From the NCBI GenBank assembly GCA_964016885.1, contig OZ024741.1, positions 89,590,001 to 89,654,000 of the forward strand: a stretch of DNA of 64,000 bases. The letters run 5' to 3'. Position 1 is the first letter of the stretch; every line of letters starts with the position of its first letter. Made by a program: the position numbers and the translations under genes. This DNA comes from Eledone cirrhosa. Its lineage: Eukaryota. Shown here in pieces: positions 13,521 through 24,768 of this stretch. Below the pieces are notes generated by a model. It saw nothing but the letters and a program-made list of their open reading frames with translations, was not told where the DNA came from and searched no databases.

Positions 13521-13603
13521 ATATATATATATATCTCACGTGCAGTAATAATCCTGCAATAAGTCACAATTCCTACCTGGAGGAATATATATATATATAT
13601 ATA

Positions 13604-13985
13604 GTGGAGGCACATGTCTTAGTGGTTAGAGCATTGGCCTTGCAATCGAAAGGTGAGTTCAATTCTCAGACTGGGTGGTGTGTTGTTTCCTTGAGCAAGA
13701 CACTTTATTTCACATTGTTCCAGTTTACTCACCTGTAGAAATGAGATGATAGGGACTGGGGTCCCTATCATTACACTGCAAAGTGATCGTGGAGATGCTA
13801 CGGCAAAAAAGCACCCAGCCCACATGGTAAAGTGGACGTGTAGGCGCCACGGAAAAAAAAGCACCCAGCACTCACTGTAAATGAGGTTGGTGTTAGGAAG
13901 GGCATCGAGCTGTAGAAATCAAGCCACAATCAGTTCCCGTCCCACCCTTGCAAGCAGGGAAAAGCGGACGTAAAATGAAATGATG
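13604..13985 (+). mobile_element. CORE-type tRNA SINE with RTE-derived 3' tail
   Basis: tRNA head (TAGTGGTTAGAGC..GAGTTCAATTC), CORE-like CCTTGAGCAAGACACTT, tail GGAAGGGCATC..GCAAGCAGGGAAAAGCGGACGTAAAATGA matching the RTE 3' UTR at 11651-11905. Confidence 0.82.
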
Positions 13986-14099
13986 GAAATGATAGGATAA
14001 AGGATAAAGATCCCATAACTCCTTGTGGAGTTGTAGAGGCACCGTCAAATGGCGTGTCTAGGGAACATATAAACCCGGTGAAGACCAACTCTCTGCAAG

Positions 14100-14252
14100 T
14101 TTGAACACAGTCGATTTTTTCTATAGAGGAAGAATCAACCCCAGTACTGGACTGGTACTTTTTTTTTATTGACCTTGAATGAATGAAAGGCAAAGTTGAC
14201 CACAGCAGAATTTGAACTCAGAGCGCACAAATAGGTGGGAGAAATACCGTAA
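14100..14252 (-). mobile_element. Older Meta-domain-like SINE copy
   Basis: Reverse complement of the core (ctggtactt..tgaaaggcaaagttgacc..atttgaactcaga). Confidence 0.65.
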
Positions 14253-14499
14253 ATATATATATATATATGTTTCATTAAAATAACAGGAGGCCGGACTGGT
14301 GATGTTCCTTTAAAGTTTTATTGTTGTAAAAACATTATATATATTTCAATGGCCTGGTGACATCACCAGGTTCAGATTACATAATTATTTTATCAGTAAA
14401 GGAATTACGACATACACAGAAAATATAGAAAAAATATTTGGAATGGTTTGCAGCAACAATAATATCTAGGTCGCAGATAATTTCCAAATCAAATATTTT

Positions 14500-16024
14500 C
14501 CGCCAATTGGAAAGCAGCATGTAGATCTGATTCAAGGCATGTCCGCTTTCCACTCCATTGATAATCTTCTGGAGCTTGGAATCATTGCAAGGATTCTTAT
14601 GTTGCTGTGCTTGTTGACATCAGTAATGTCATTGATATAGATAATGAAGAGAAGTGGACCCAACACAGTGCCTTGTGGGATGCCACTACTGACTTTGGCT
14701 AGGCTTGATTGTACTCCTTCGATTGCATGTTGAACTCTGTCAGGAAACACTGGATCCATTGCAGTAACTTTCCAGAGACAATGTTAGATAGTTTTTTCAG
14801 TAGAATGTTGTGAGCAACCCCAACAAAGGCCTTGTTGAAATCAAGGTGTAAGACATCAGTGTTGGAGCCCTCTCCCAAAGCTCTTAAAATGTTGCAGGAG
14901 CTGCGTTAGGCAGTCCCTTCCATTACAGAACCCTATTTGGTTGGAGTTCAGCAGATTGTTGCTTTAAAAAAAGTGAGTTATTCGTGATCTCGCCACTTTC
15001 ACAAATACCTTCATGATATGAGAGGTGAGTGAGATTGAATGGTAATTCACTGCAAGGGACTTGTTTCCCTTTTTGAAAACTTGGACTGAAAATTTTCAGG
15101 TATATAGCTAGTGTCCAGTGAATTCCTCCACAAATAAGCTAGAAGAGATGCAAGTTGGTATCAACACACCTTCAGGGCACTAGCAGAGAACCTATCAGGG
15201 CCGACTGCTGAGTTATATTTAATATTGTTTATTGATGCTAAGACATCATGGGTGCCAAACGTTATGTCTGATATAGTGTTTGGAGATTAACATCACTGAT
15301 ACAGCCCAGATCAGCCACATCATGATTGCTGAAAACAGAGCAGTATTGTTTCTACAGCATCTCACCCATGGTTTTAGCATTGTCTTGGAGAGCCATTTTC
15401 ATCAATCTGGGGGCCAACAGTGGAGACAGTGATCTTATGTTTTTTTGTAAATGAAAAGAACACTTTGGGATTGAGTTTGATTTTCTCAATGACCGACTCC
15501 TCCTCAGCTGGTCTTTGGTTTTTGATGATGGTCTTCATGCATTGTTGGAGATTTTATTTTTTTTATTTGAGCAATAGCAGTCAAATGTGTGAGTTGCTGT
15601 TGGCATTATTTTAGTTAGTTGATTTTTTTTGTATGTTCTTTTTATTTTTCTGATAATAGTTTTTTGTTTTGGGGGATTCTGCGCTTAGTTTTGTTTCTCA
15701 GATCTTCATAGGGTATGTTTTGTACACATATTTGTAACAGTGCCTACAAACATCTGCCAGGATGTTTTGGTGTTGGTGGAGATGTGTGTGTGTGTGAAAG
15801 ACCAGTCAATATGTGATAGATTGTTAGTGATTACACCCCAGTTGGCATTATAAAGATCCATGTTATCAAATAGATGAGCTGGAAAGAGATCATTGGGTTT
15901 AATTTTCAGCTGGTGGAATCTTGGGTTACAGAGAATCCTGTCATGGTCTGAGAGAGGGCTTTTTCCACTATAAGATTATGTATATTATTAGTGTGGTTAC
16001 TAAACACTAGGTCCAATATTTCTT
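14500..16024 (-). mobile_element. Decayed CR1/L2-group LINE (endonuclease C-terminus to RT)
   Basis: Minus-strand peptides EILDLVFSNH, NYHSISLTSHIMKVF, LDFNKAF, SGIPQGTVLGPLLFIIYINDI; frameshifted. Confidence 0.8.
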
Positions 16025-16108
16025 TTGATATATATATATAAACACACATATACATATATATATATATATACATACACACACATATACATATATATATATA
16101 TATACATA

Positions 16109-16728
16109 TGGAATGAGGTAATAAAAACTGACTTTACACAATTATACCTCACCAAAACGATGACACAGGACTGCAACCTCTGGTATCATGCAGTACTACA
16201 GAAGACCCACCCTCCCATATGCTTCAGCTGAGGCATATATCTAATAGGCAACACCTCTCTCTACCATCTCCTCTCACATACACCTCATTTTGCTGTAACT
16301 ATCCCTCCCCTATTACCTACGTCCTCAATTTCCCCAAGCTTCTCTCCCCCACCCTCCCTAGTTCTCATCCCACACCATGAAGTACCTCCCACCTCTGTAG
16401 CTACAACAAAAGTGACCAACCCTCACTGTATAGTGGTCATGTATGTGTCAATACAAAAGCACCCAGTCCACACTGTAATTTGGTTGCATAGGGGTCACGA
16501 CAAACTGCCCAGTCCACACTGTAAAGTGATCTTGTTGGTGACACGACAAAAAGCATGCAGCACACTGTAAATGTTGTTGGCATTTGGAAGAGCATCCAGC
16601 TGTAGAAACTTAGCCAAAATCAGCCCCGGGTGAGCGAAACACAGTCCTCTGACCTTATTCTCTCTCAAAGGGTCAGCCCGTCCCACCCATGCTAGCCTGC
16701 AAAATGGATGTTAAACAATGATGATGAT
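16109..16728 (+). mobile_element. 3' fragment of an RTE LINE related to the 11651-13520 element
   Basis: WNEVIKTDFTQLYLTKTMTQDCNLWYHAVLQKT aligns to WDELINSDITHLHLSKTMSLDQDLWRYSVTEKT; 3' UTR with tandem motif units and (GAT)n tail. Confidence 0.75.
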
Positions 16729-16777
16729 ATACACATATATACATATACACACACACACATACACATATATATATATG

Positions 16778-16809
<32 letters not shown>

Positions 16810-16819
16810 CATATAATAC

Positions 16820-17173
16820 AAAAGACCTGACTTCCCACGGGCATAGGCCGAAGCTGAAGCATGTATACAGTATGCCCCACCTCACTTCACCCTCCCACTG
16901 TAAAGTGGTCGTGTACGTACCACAACAAAAAACACCCAGCCCACACTGTAAAGTGGTCGTGTAGGTGTCACGACAAAAACACCTAGTACTCACTGTGAAT
17001 GAGGTTGGTGTTAGGAAGTGCATCCAGCTGTAGAAATCAAGCCAAAATCAGTTCTGTATGAGCTAGACATGGTCACCTGACCTGGCACTGCCCACAACAG
17101 GACAACTCGTCTAACTCATGCTAGTGTGGAAAAATTGAAATAAAACAGTGATGATGATGATGATGATGATGAT
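16820..17173 (+). mobile_element. RTE 3' UTR fragment with tandem structured units and (GAT)n tail
   Basis: CATAGGCCGAA, two motif units, TTAGGAAGTGCATCCAGCTGTAGAAA, (GAT)n. Confidence 0.65.
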
Positions 17174-17195
17174 ATAAACATATACATATATATAT

Positions 17196-17503
17196 GGAGC
17201 GACATGGCTCAGTGGTTAGAGCATTGGCCTTGCAATCGAAAGGTTGTGAGTTCAATTCTCAGACCGGGTGATGTGTTGTTTCCTTGAGCAAGACACTTTA
17301 TTTCACATTGCTCCAGTTTACTCAGCTGTAGAAATGTAAAGTGGTCGTGGAGGTGCACGGCAAAAAAAGCACCCAGCCCTCACTGTAAATGAGGTTGGTG
17401 TTAGGAAGGGCATCCAGCTGTAGAAATCAAGCCAGAATCAATTCCCGTCCCACCCTTGCAAGCAGGGAAAAGCAGACGTAAAATGATGATGATGATGATG
17501 ATG
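17196..17503 (+). mobile_element. CORE-type tRNA SINE with RTE tail
   Basis: Highly similar to 13604-13985; ends in (GAT)n. Confidence 0.82.
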
Positions 17504-17659
17504 ATATATATATGTATATATATGTGTATATATATATATATATGTATATATATGTGTATATATATATATATATATATTAATTTGAACAACGTCAGTATTT
17601 CGTGTGTCATAATTCTCGATTATCATTGGTTCATAGGTTTCAAATGATGACACCAAACT

Positions 17660-18652
17660 TAAATTAATACGCATAATGCCAATGAGGGAGTGAGAAACAG
17701 AGAGGCAAAGTGAACGCTGTAACTATTACCATGTATGCGTGTGTATGTACATGCGCATTTATGTGTGCGCGCATGCGTGCAGCGTTCCACAGAAAGTAAA
17801 AACTATCAACATGTGTGTGTGTAAGTGCATGGGTGCGTGTGTAATTTTGCGTGTGTGTGCGCGTTTCCATGCGTGTATGTGTGTGTACGTGGGGCGTTCC
17901 ACAATCGCCACGCAGTTTATCTTTCTGTGTGCCTGTCTGTCAGTCTAACATACATAGAGTTGTGAAGGGAGTAAATAGGGACCTTTTTTTACATTGACGG
18001 ACATCTTTTATATTTATTATTGTGTCCTTTTTTGACAATTGCTCGAAATGAATACTGATAATAAAAGCAATTCGACTTTATCAAACAGTGAACTACAGCG
18101 GCGACGGCGTGCAGCCAGGAATGAAGAAAAACGGGCCGAACAGCGTCATTGGAACGCCGAACTTCAGAGGCGAAGACGTGCTGCCATGAATGAAGAAGAG
18201 CTGGCTGAACAACGCCAACGAAACACTGGAGCCAAGCAGCAACGGCGTGCTGCGATGGTTGAAGACGTACTGGCTGAGCATCATCTTTTATATTAATTAT
18301 CTATATCTACATATAATATAAAAGATTGGAACTTCCATCATCCTTTTGAGAAATGTGGAACAACCACGTCTATGCAATGATACACGTTTTACAGTCAGGC
18401 AGAAGATAAACCATCTCCTAGAGGTCACTATTCTAGGTGGGAGCACCTAGAATTGTTCATATACTATGCACAAACGGTACAACAAAGAATCTGGTATATC
18501 TGGAAGATTTTTTTTTACTGTTTTCTGTATCACACAGACACCACGGACTCGCCTCATACTGTAACCAGATAAACATCCAATACAGTCATTTTCTCTTTTA
18601 TCTGTCTTCTCTTATCATCTGTTTACCCGGGCGAAGCTGGGTACGTCAGCTA

Positions 18653-18653
<1 letters not shown>
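17660..18653 (+). mobile_element. Internally deleted Helitron (5' boundary uncertain)
   Basis: Arg-rich N-terminal repeats (ELQRRRRAA..EE..AEQR, 18039-18296); helicase C-terminus VGAPRIVHILCTNGTTKNLVYLEDF; 3' hairpin CCCGGGCGAAGCTGGG followed by CTAG|T at 18650-18653. Confidence 0.72.
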
Positions 18654-18687
<34 letters not shown>

Positions 18688-18690
<3 letters not shown>

Positions 18691-18900
18691 TCAGCATCAT
18701 TTCTGTTTAACAGCAATTTTTCCACGCTTGAATGGGTTAGACGGGTCATCCATGCCAGGAGGCAAATCTGGCCAGGGTTGGTCATGTGTCCTACCTTGCT
18801 CCAGCGAAGACTGTGAATGTGGCTGGGTATTTTACAGCTGGATCCCCTTCCTAACAACAACCACGTTTACAGTGTGGCACTGGATGGCTGTTATGAGGAG
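18688..18900 (-). mobile_element. RTE 3' UTR/tail fragment abutting the 66-bp satellite
   Basis: Minus strand reads ..CCAGTGCCACACTGTAAACGTGGTTGTTGTTAGGAAGGGGATCCAGCTGTAAAA..AACCCATTCAAGCGTGGAAAAA..ATGATG. Confidence 0.65.
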
Positions 18901-18971
18901 GTATAGGCCAGTTGGCCGCGCCAAAACCGTCTCACAATGGGAGCATATTTTCAGCCATAGTTTTGGAGCCT

Positions 18972-20500
18972 GGTACTGGGTGGCACCAATCCGAGAAGCC
19001 TAACACATCTCACAGCATAACCACAATTTTGGGGCCCGGTACTGAGTGGCACCAATACAAGGAGCCTAACACATCTCACAGCATAACCACAATTTTGGGG
19101 CCCGGTACTGAGTGGCACCAATACAAGGAGCCTAACACATCTCACAGCATAACCACAATTTTGGGGCCCGGTACTGAGTGGCACCAATACAAGGAGCCTA
19201 ACACATCTCACAGCATAACCACAATTTTGGGGCCCGGTACTGGGTGGCACCAATACAAGGAGCCTAACACATCTCACAGCATAACCACAATTTTGGGGCC
19301 CGGTACTGAGTGGCACCAATACAAGGAGCCTAACACATCTCACAGCATAACCACAATTTTGGGGCCCGGTACTGAGTGGCACCAATACAAGGAGCCTAAC
19401 ACATCTCACAGCATAACCACAATTTTGGGGCCCGGTACTGGGTGGCACCAATACAAGGAGCCTAACACATCTCACAGCATAACCACAATTTTGGGGCCCG
19501 GTACTGGGTGGCACCAATACAAGGAGCCTAACACATCTCACAGCATAACCACAATTTTGGGGCCCGGTACTGAGTGGCACCAATACAAGGAGCCTAACAC
19601 ATCTCACAGCATAACCACAATTTTGGGGCCCGGTACTGAGTGGCACCAATACAAGGAGCCTAACACATCTCACAGCATAACCACAATTTTGGGGCCCGGT
19701 ACTGGGTGGCACCAATACAAGGAGCCTAACACATCTCACAGCATAACCACAATTTTGGGGCCTGGTACTGGGTGGCACCAATACAAGGAGCCTAACCACA
19801 ATTTTGGGGCCCGGTACTGGGTGGCACCAATACAAGGAGCCTAACACATCTCACAGCATAACCACAATTTTGGGGCCCGGTACTGGGTGGCACCAATACA
19901 AGGAGCCTAACACATCTCACAGCATAACCACAATTTTGGGGCCCGGTACTGGGTGGCACCAATACAAGGAGCCTAACACATCTCACAGCATAACCACAAT
20001 TTTGGGGCCAGGTACTGGGTGGCACCAATACAAGGAGCCTAACACATCTCACAGCATAACCACAATTTTGGGGCCCGGTACTGGGTGGCACCAATACAAG
20101 GAGCCTAACACATCTCACAGCATAACCACAATTTTGGGGCCCGGTACTGGGTGGCACCAATACAAGGAGCCTAACACATCTCACAGCATAACCACAATTT
20201 TGGGGCCCGGTACTGGGTGGCACCACTATGAGGAGCCTAACACATCTCACAGCATAACCACAATTTTGGGGCCCGGTACTGGGTGGCACCAATACAAGGA
20301 GCCTAACACATCTCACAGCATAACCACAATTTTGGGGCCTGGTACTGGGTGGCACCAATACAAGGAGCCTAACACATCTCACAGCATAACCACAATTTTG
20401 GGGCCCGGTACTGGGTGGCACCAATACAAGGAGCCTAACACATCTCACAGCATAACCACAATTTTGGGGCCCGGTACTGGGTGGCACCACTATGAGGAGC
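18972..20500. repeat. 66-bp tandem minisatellite, ~24 units
   Basis: Unit GGTACTGRGTGGCACCAATACAAGGAGCCTAACACATCTCACAGCATAACCACAATTTTGGGGCCC; starts 18972, 19038 ... 19764, a 17-bp deletion, then 19813 ... 20473. Confidence 0.97.
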
Positions 20501-22723
20501 GGCAGGCATTCATTCAGCCGTGCGAAACCCACCACACAACATTGCCACAGTTTTGGGGCTTGGTGCTGTATGACACTGCTATGAAAAGGGACAGGTGCGG
20601 GACCACAGTTTGGGAGCCTGGCATTGGATGGCACCACTATGAAGAGGGATAGGCCAGTTGGCCATACCAAACCCTTTTTGAGACTGGTACCCCAGTTTCG
20701 AAACCGGGCACTCTCCACACAACTGATACTTCTCAATACAAAACCAGACTCTGGCAGCCTGGGACCGGATACACACATACACACACACATGTGTATATAT
20801 ATATTTATATTGTCCAGTCAGAGCAAGGTACAGTGTGGCCAATTCTGGCCTGACATGCCTCTTGACGTGGATGACCTGTCTAACTCATGCAAGCAGTAGG
20901 GTGTAATTTGAGGGAAATTTTCCTGCTATTTCTACCAGCTTCAGCAACCATGTAGAGGATCACTTGAGTTATGACATATCTGTATTTAAATGTGTGTGTG
21001 TATATAGATATTTTATGTGTATGTGTGGACCCCTGTAGATTTATATATCTGTGTATTTTGGCGAATGCAATTATATACATACATGCCCTAAGGATCACTT
21101 GACTCAAGATATACCTGGATTTACAGGTGTTGGTGTATATATATGTACATATGCATATCTGTAGTTATATAAATATATATTTATATAACTGTGTTATATT
21201 TGTGTGTTTGGTGACTGCATATATATACATATATACCCTAGGTATGTACCGAGGTGTTTATAAGAAAATATGTATAACTCCATATGTGTGTTAAGAAGTT
21301 GTGTTTTAAGTAGCAACAGCAGCCAGATCTTAAGAAATATGTGGTAGTTTGGGGGTATATTTTATTTGAAAGGGAAGGGGAAAAACAAACAAAGTAAAAT
21401 AAATTAACTTTTGAAAATTCTATCTTGAGGATGGTGATGATGAGGATGTTAGTAGGGGGTTGCTGGACAGTGGGTAACAGTAGAGTTATTGTAAATTGTA
21501 GTAGACTTTTGGTCTACATACAAATCTCATCTCCTGTGTGGTATTAATCAACAGTGCTAGAATGATAATGATGGTGATGATAGTAGTGATAGTGTTGCAG
21601 TTGTTGTTGCTGTTAAAAAATAACAACCACCACTGTACCCCATTTCTCATTTCTTCTGCAGCAGTAGTAACAAAAAAAAAATGTTGGTGGTAGTTAGTGA
21701 TGGTGGTATTGATGCAGATGTCTGTAACAAGCAACTCTTCTTACGTAAGTAGTCTACTGCTTTAGTTCAACAATAGTGACTAATGATGATGGTGATGCTG
21801 CTGGTGAATGAACTATTTTAATAAGAAGCAAGTTTATTTGTGGCTGTGAGACATACACACAAGTATGGACACATACACACATTAACTCTAATAAGTAAAA
21901 CAGATTTTAATATTTTCACATATAATGTAGAAGCTGAATGCTATGCTTGAAGAGGTAAAAACATAAATAAATAATGGTGCTTAACAAAAAAAACAAAAAC
22001 ACAAACCCCAAAACATGAAAATAATAAAGGTTAAAATGACATAAGACAAGACTCTGTTTTTAGAAACAATATAACTTGTTGATTTTTATTATAATAGGCG
22101 CAGGCAGAGCTGACTGGTTAAGGTGTTTGCTTTGCAACTGCTTGGTTCTCAGTTCTGTCCCACTGTATGGGATCTTGGGCAAGTGTCTTCTACTATAGTA
22201 TCAGGTTGACCAATGCCATATGAGTGAAATTTAGTAGATGGAAACTGCAGAAGCCCGTCGTATATATATATGTGTGTATGTAAGTTTGTTCATGTTTGTG
22301 TTAGTGTGTATGTCCTGCAGGTAGCGGTTTGACAAAAAAAAGCGATCAATAAAATAAGTACCAGACTTGGAAAAATAGGCGCTGGTGCCATTATAAAATG
22401 TCTTCAGTACAGAGTATAAAGTGGCTAGCATTAGGGAGGGCATCCAACCACAGAAACCATTCCAAAATGGAACATATGAGCAAGACATGGTTATCTGATC
22501 TGTTCAGTCACAGAAATTGACAACTCATCTAACCCATGCAAGAATGGAAAACAGACATAAAACAGTGATGATGATGAGACACACACACACACACACACAC
22601 ACACATGCACACACTTTCACTCTATAGTTATATGCTGCAACACCAAATAATTTGTAATTTTATGAACATTTAAGCACTTTAAAAATATACCTCACTAGGC
22701 CAATTATAGTGTACTCAGTAGAG

Positions 22724-22926
22724 CAGTCATGTCAAACATGCAGCTCTTTACAAGCACACCTGCGGCCCACACAAAGGTTTTTACAGCACGAGCATGTTTT
22801 ATCTTTGTAATATAAAAAAAAAAAAAAAAATTAGTTGTAATGTGTGCAATTAGTTGTCGTATGTGGCCCTCAGACAACACATGTGACCCATGTGGCCCTC
22901 GGGGGACCCTCAGTTTGACACGCCTG
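22724..22926. mobile_element. hAT (Charlie-like) MITE
   Basis: TIRs CAGTCATGTCAAAC / GTTTGACACGCCTG; 8-bp TSD CAGTAGAG / CTGTAGAG. Confidence 0.75.
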
Positions 22927-24153
22927 CTGTAGAGTACATGTGTGTATGTTATATATATATATATATTAACACATACATATGTGCATATACCACTTCTGTG
23001 TGCGTGGTTTTCTTTTTATAACTTTATGCCACATGTACATGTGAGGGATGACTTATTTGTTGGGGGCAATTGTTTTTATAGGTGTATGAACCAATGCCCC
23101 TTTCCTACTGCTAACCCTTCAATCATGAAGTATGTAGTGGGCACTCTTATTTTTCTATTAATCAGGCAAATATAGGTGCTAGGCTTAATCCAGTTTAACA
23201 CCACTACCTGCTGGCCCCTTGGGCTTTCAAGCAGGGTCTACTCTTTTGCAAATATTCAGGCCTGATGTCTACTCTGAGTATAACTTCCTCCTTTTCTCCC
23301 ACTGGATGCAGCATGGCTGAATGGTTAAGATGTTCACTTTGCAGCCATTTAATCCTGGGTTCAATCTCATCTTGGGCAAATGTCATTTACCATAGCTGTA
23401 GGTTGACTCAACCATGTGAGTGAAATTAGGCAGACAGAAACTTTTTGAAAGCCTGTTCGAGGGACTTTACCTGTAACAAAATTTCATATTTATAGGGAGG
23501 AAGAAAAGAAGTTGGTGGTTAAATAATTAAGTGGGATGTATGCTCATGCTTTGTTGTTTAGCCCCAGGTCAACCCTGAACCATCAAATTTTGATCAAAGA
23601 CACTCTAACCAAGACAATATCATCTTTTTGTTTTTCATCAGACATAATTTATCTAGGATTACATTTATTCAGTTTGTCCTTTGGAAGGGTGTAGCTTGAT
23701 GGAGATTTGGCTGCTATTTCTGGAAGGTTGAACAACCATATACAGGATTCCCCTTATTAGCTTGTTTGTTCATGTGTGTGTGTGTGTGTATATATATATG
23801 AGCATATATGCACGTATTAAAGTATGAATGTGCATGTAAAAGTGCATATGTATTAGTGTACATGTATGCATGTATTAATGTATGTACATATATGTAGAAG
23901 TATATGTATATGCAGGGCCTACAAAAATATCTCTGAATTTTAAGGAGCACATCCCTCCTCCCGTGTGAAAGCAGTGTTGTTTTGCCTTGAAAAATGTTTC
24001 TCAAAGGCTCCTATGTTTATGTGTGTATGTGCATATGTTAAACTATTTACATGTATGTAAAAATGTATGTGTTTATTGTGTAAGTGCATGTGTTAAAGTA
24101 TGTACATGTATGTAGAAATGCATGTGTATATATCTGTATATATGTGGAAATGT

Positions 24154-24296
24154 TTATGCAACACATATGAGACTCTTTCCTGAGAGGATATCTTCTTGAA
24201 CTTTTTGTCTGTTCATGGCATTGTTAGCTTGGATTGACAGTGTGGAACAGATGAAGATGAAGCAGATGCTGGCAATATTCAGATATAAGGCCCAAC
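24154..24296 (-). CDS. LHFPL2: LHFPL tetraspan subfamily member 2-like, last coding exon
   Basis: Acceptor ttctctctctattgcAG; phase 1; GWALYLNIASICFIFICSTLSIQANNAMNRQKVQEDILSGKSLICVA* resembles the LHFPL2 C-terminus (GWAFY..ICA.FS.QA....DKVQEEIEEGKNLICLL). Confidence 0.9.
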
Positions 24297-24359
24297 CTGC
24301 AATAGAGAGAGAAAATTGAAGAAAAATAACAACAACAATAACAATAATAATAAAACTCA

Positions 24360-24650
24360 CAAAACTGACTAAGAAGTGCCAGATTAAAACCTGAGATTGT
24401 AGGATTTCAGAAACTACCAAAAATATATAACGAGGCAGAACACAGTAAGTAGGCAGGGAAGATATAGTTAACCACACTGTCTGTGGCTGCCCAGCCTTAG
24501 CCAAAAAAGAATATATGCACAAATATGATAGAGTTAGGATTTACATATACTGGAAGTTATGCCAACACTACGAAATACCAACAGAAAAAAGGTGGTATAA
24601 ACATACATCACAAAAGGTGTTAGAGAATGACAAAACAACTATACTCTGAT
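24360..24650 (+). mobile_element. R4/Dong-like non-LTR retrotransposon fragment (zinc-knuckle to restriction-like endonuclease region)
   Basis: CGCPALAKKEYMHKYDRVRIYIYWKLCQHYEIPTEKRWYKHTSQKVLENDKTTIL; adjacent (AAT/AAC)n tract. Confidence 0.65.
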
Positions 24651-24661
24651 GTGTGTGTATG

Positions 24662-24694
<33 letters not shown>

Positions 24695-24768
24695 TATATA
24701 ATATAATATATATATATAATATAATATATATATAATATAATATATATATATAATATAATATATATATA

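Noticed and set aside
13604-13680. tRNA genes at A/B-box sequences
   Set aside because: They are SINE heads lacking a closed acceptor stem and run into CORE/Meta domains
18972-20500. CRISPR-like regular array (also 50391-50634 and 59482-59750)
   Set aside because: No unique spacers, no cas genes, eukaryotic context
18912-20790. Long ORFs (282-332 aa) of a 22-aa repeat on both strands
   Set aside because: Consequence of a stop-free 66-bp unit; frameshifted by a 17-bp deletion; no splice or start context
24297-24522. N-terminal part of the 122-aa minus ORF as coding sequence
   Set aside because: Upstream of the splice acceptor at 24297; intronic and overlaps an R4-like relic
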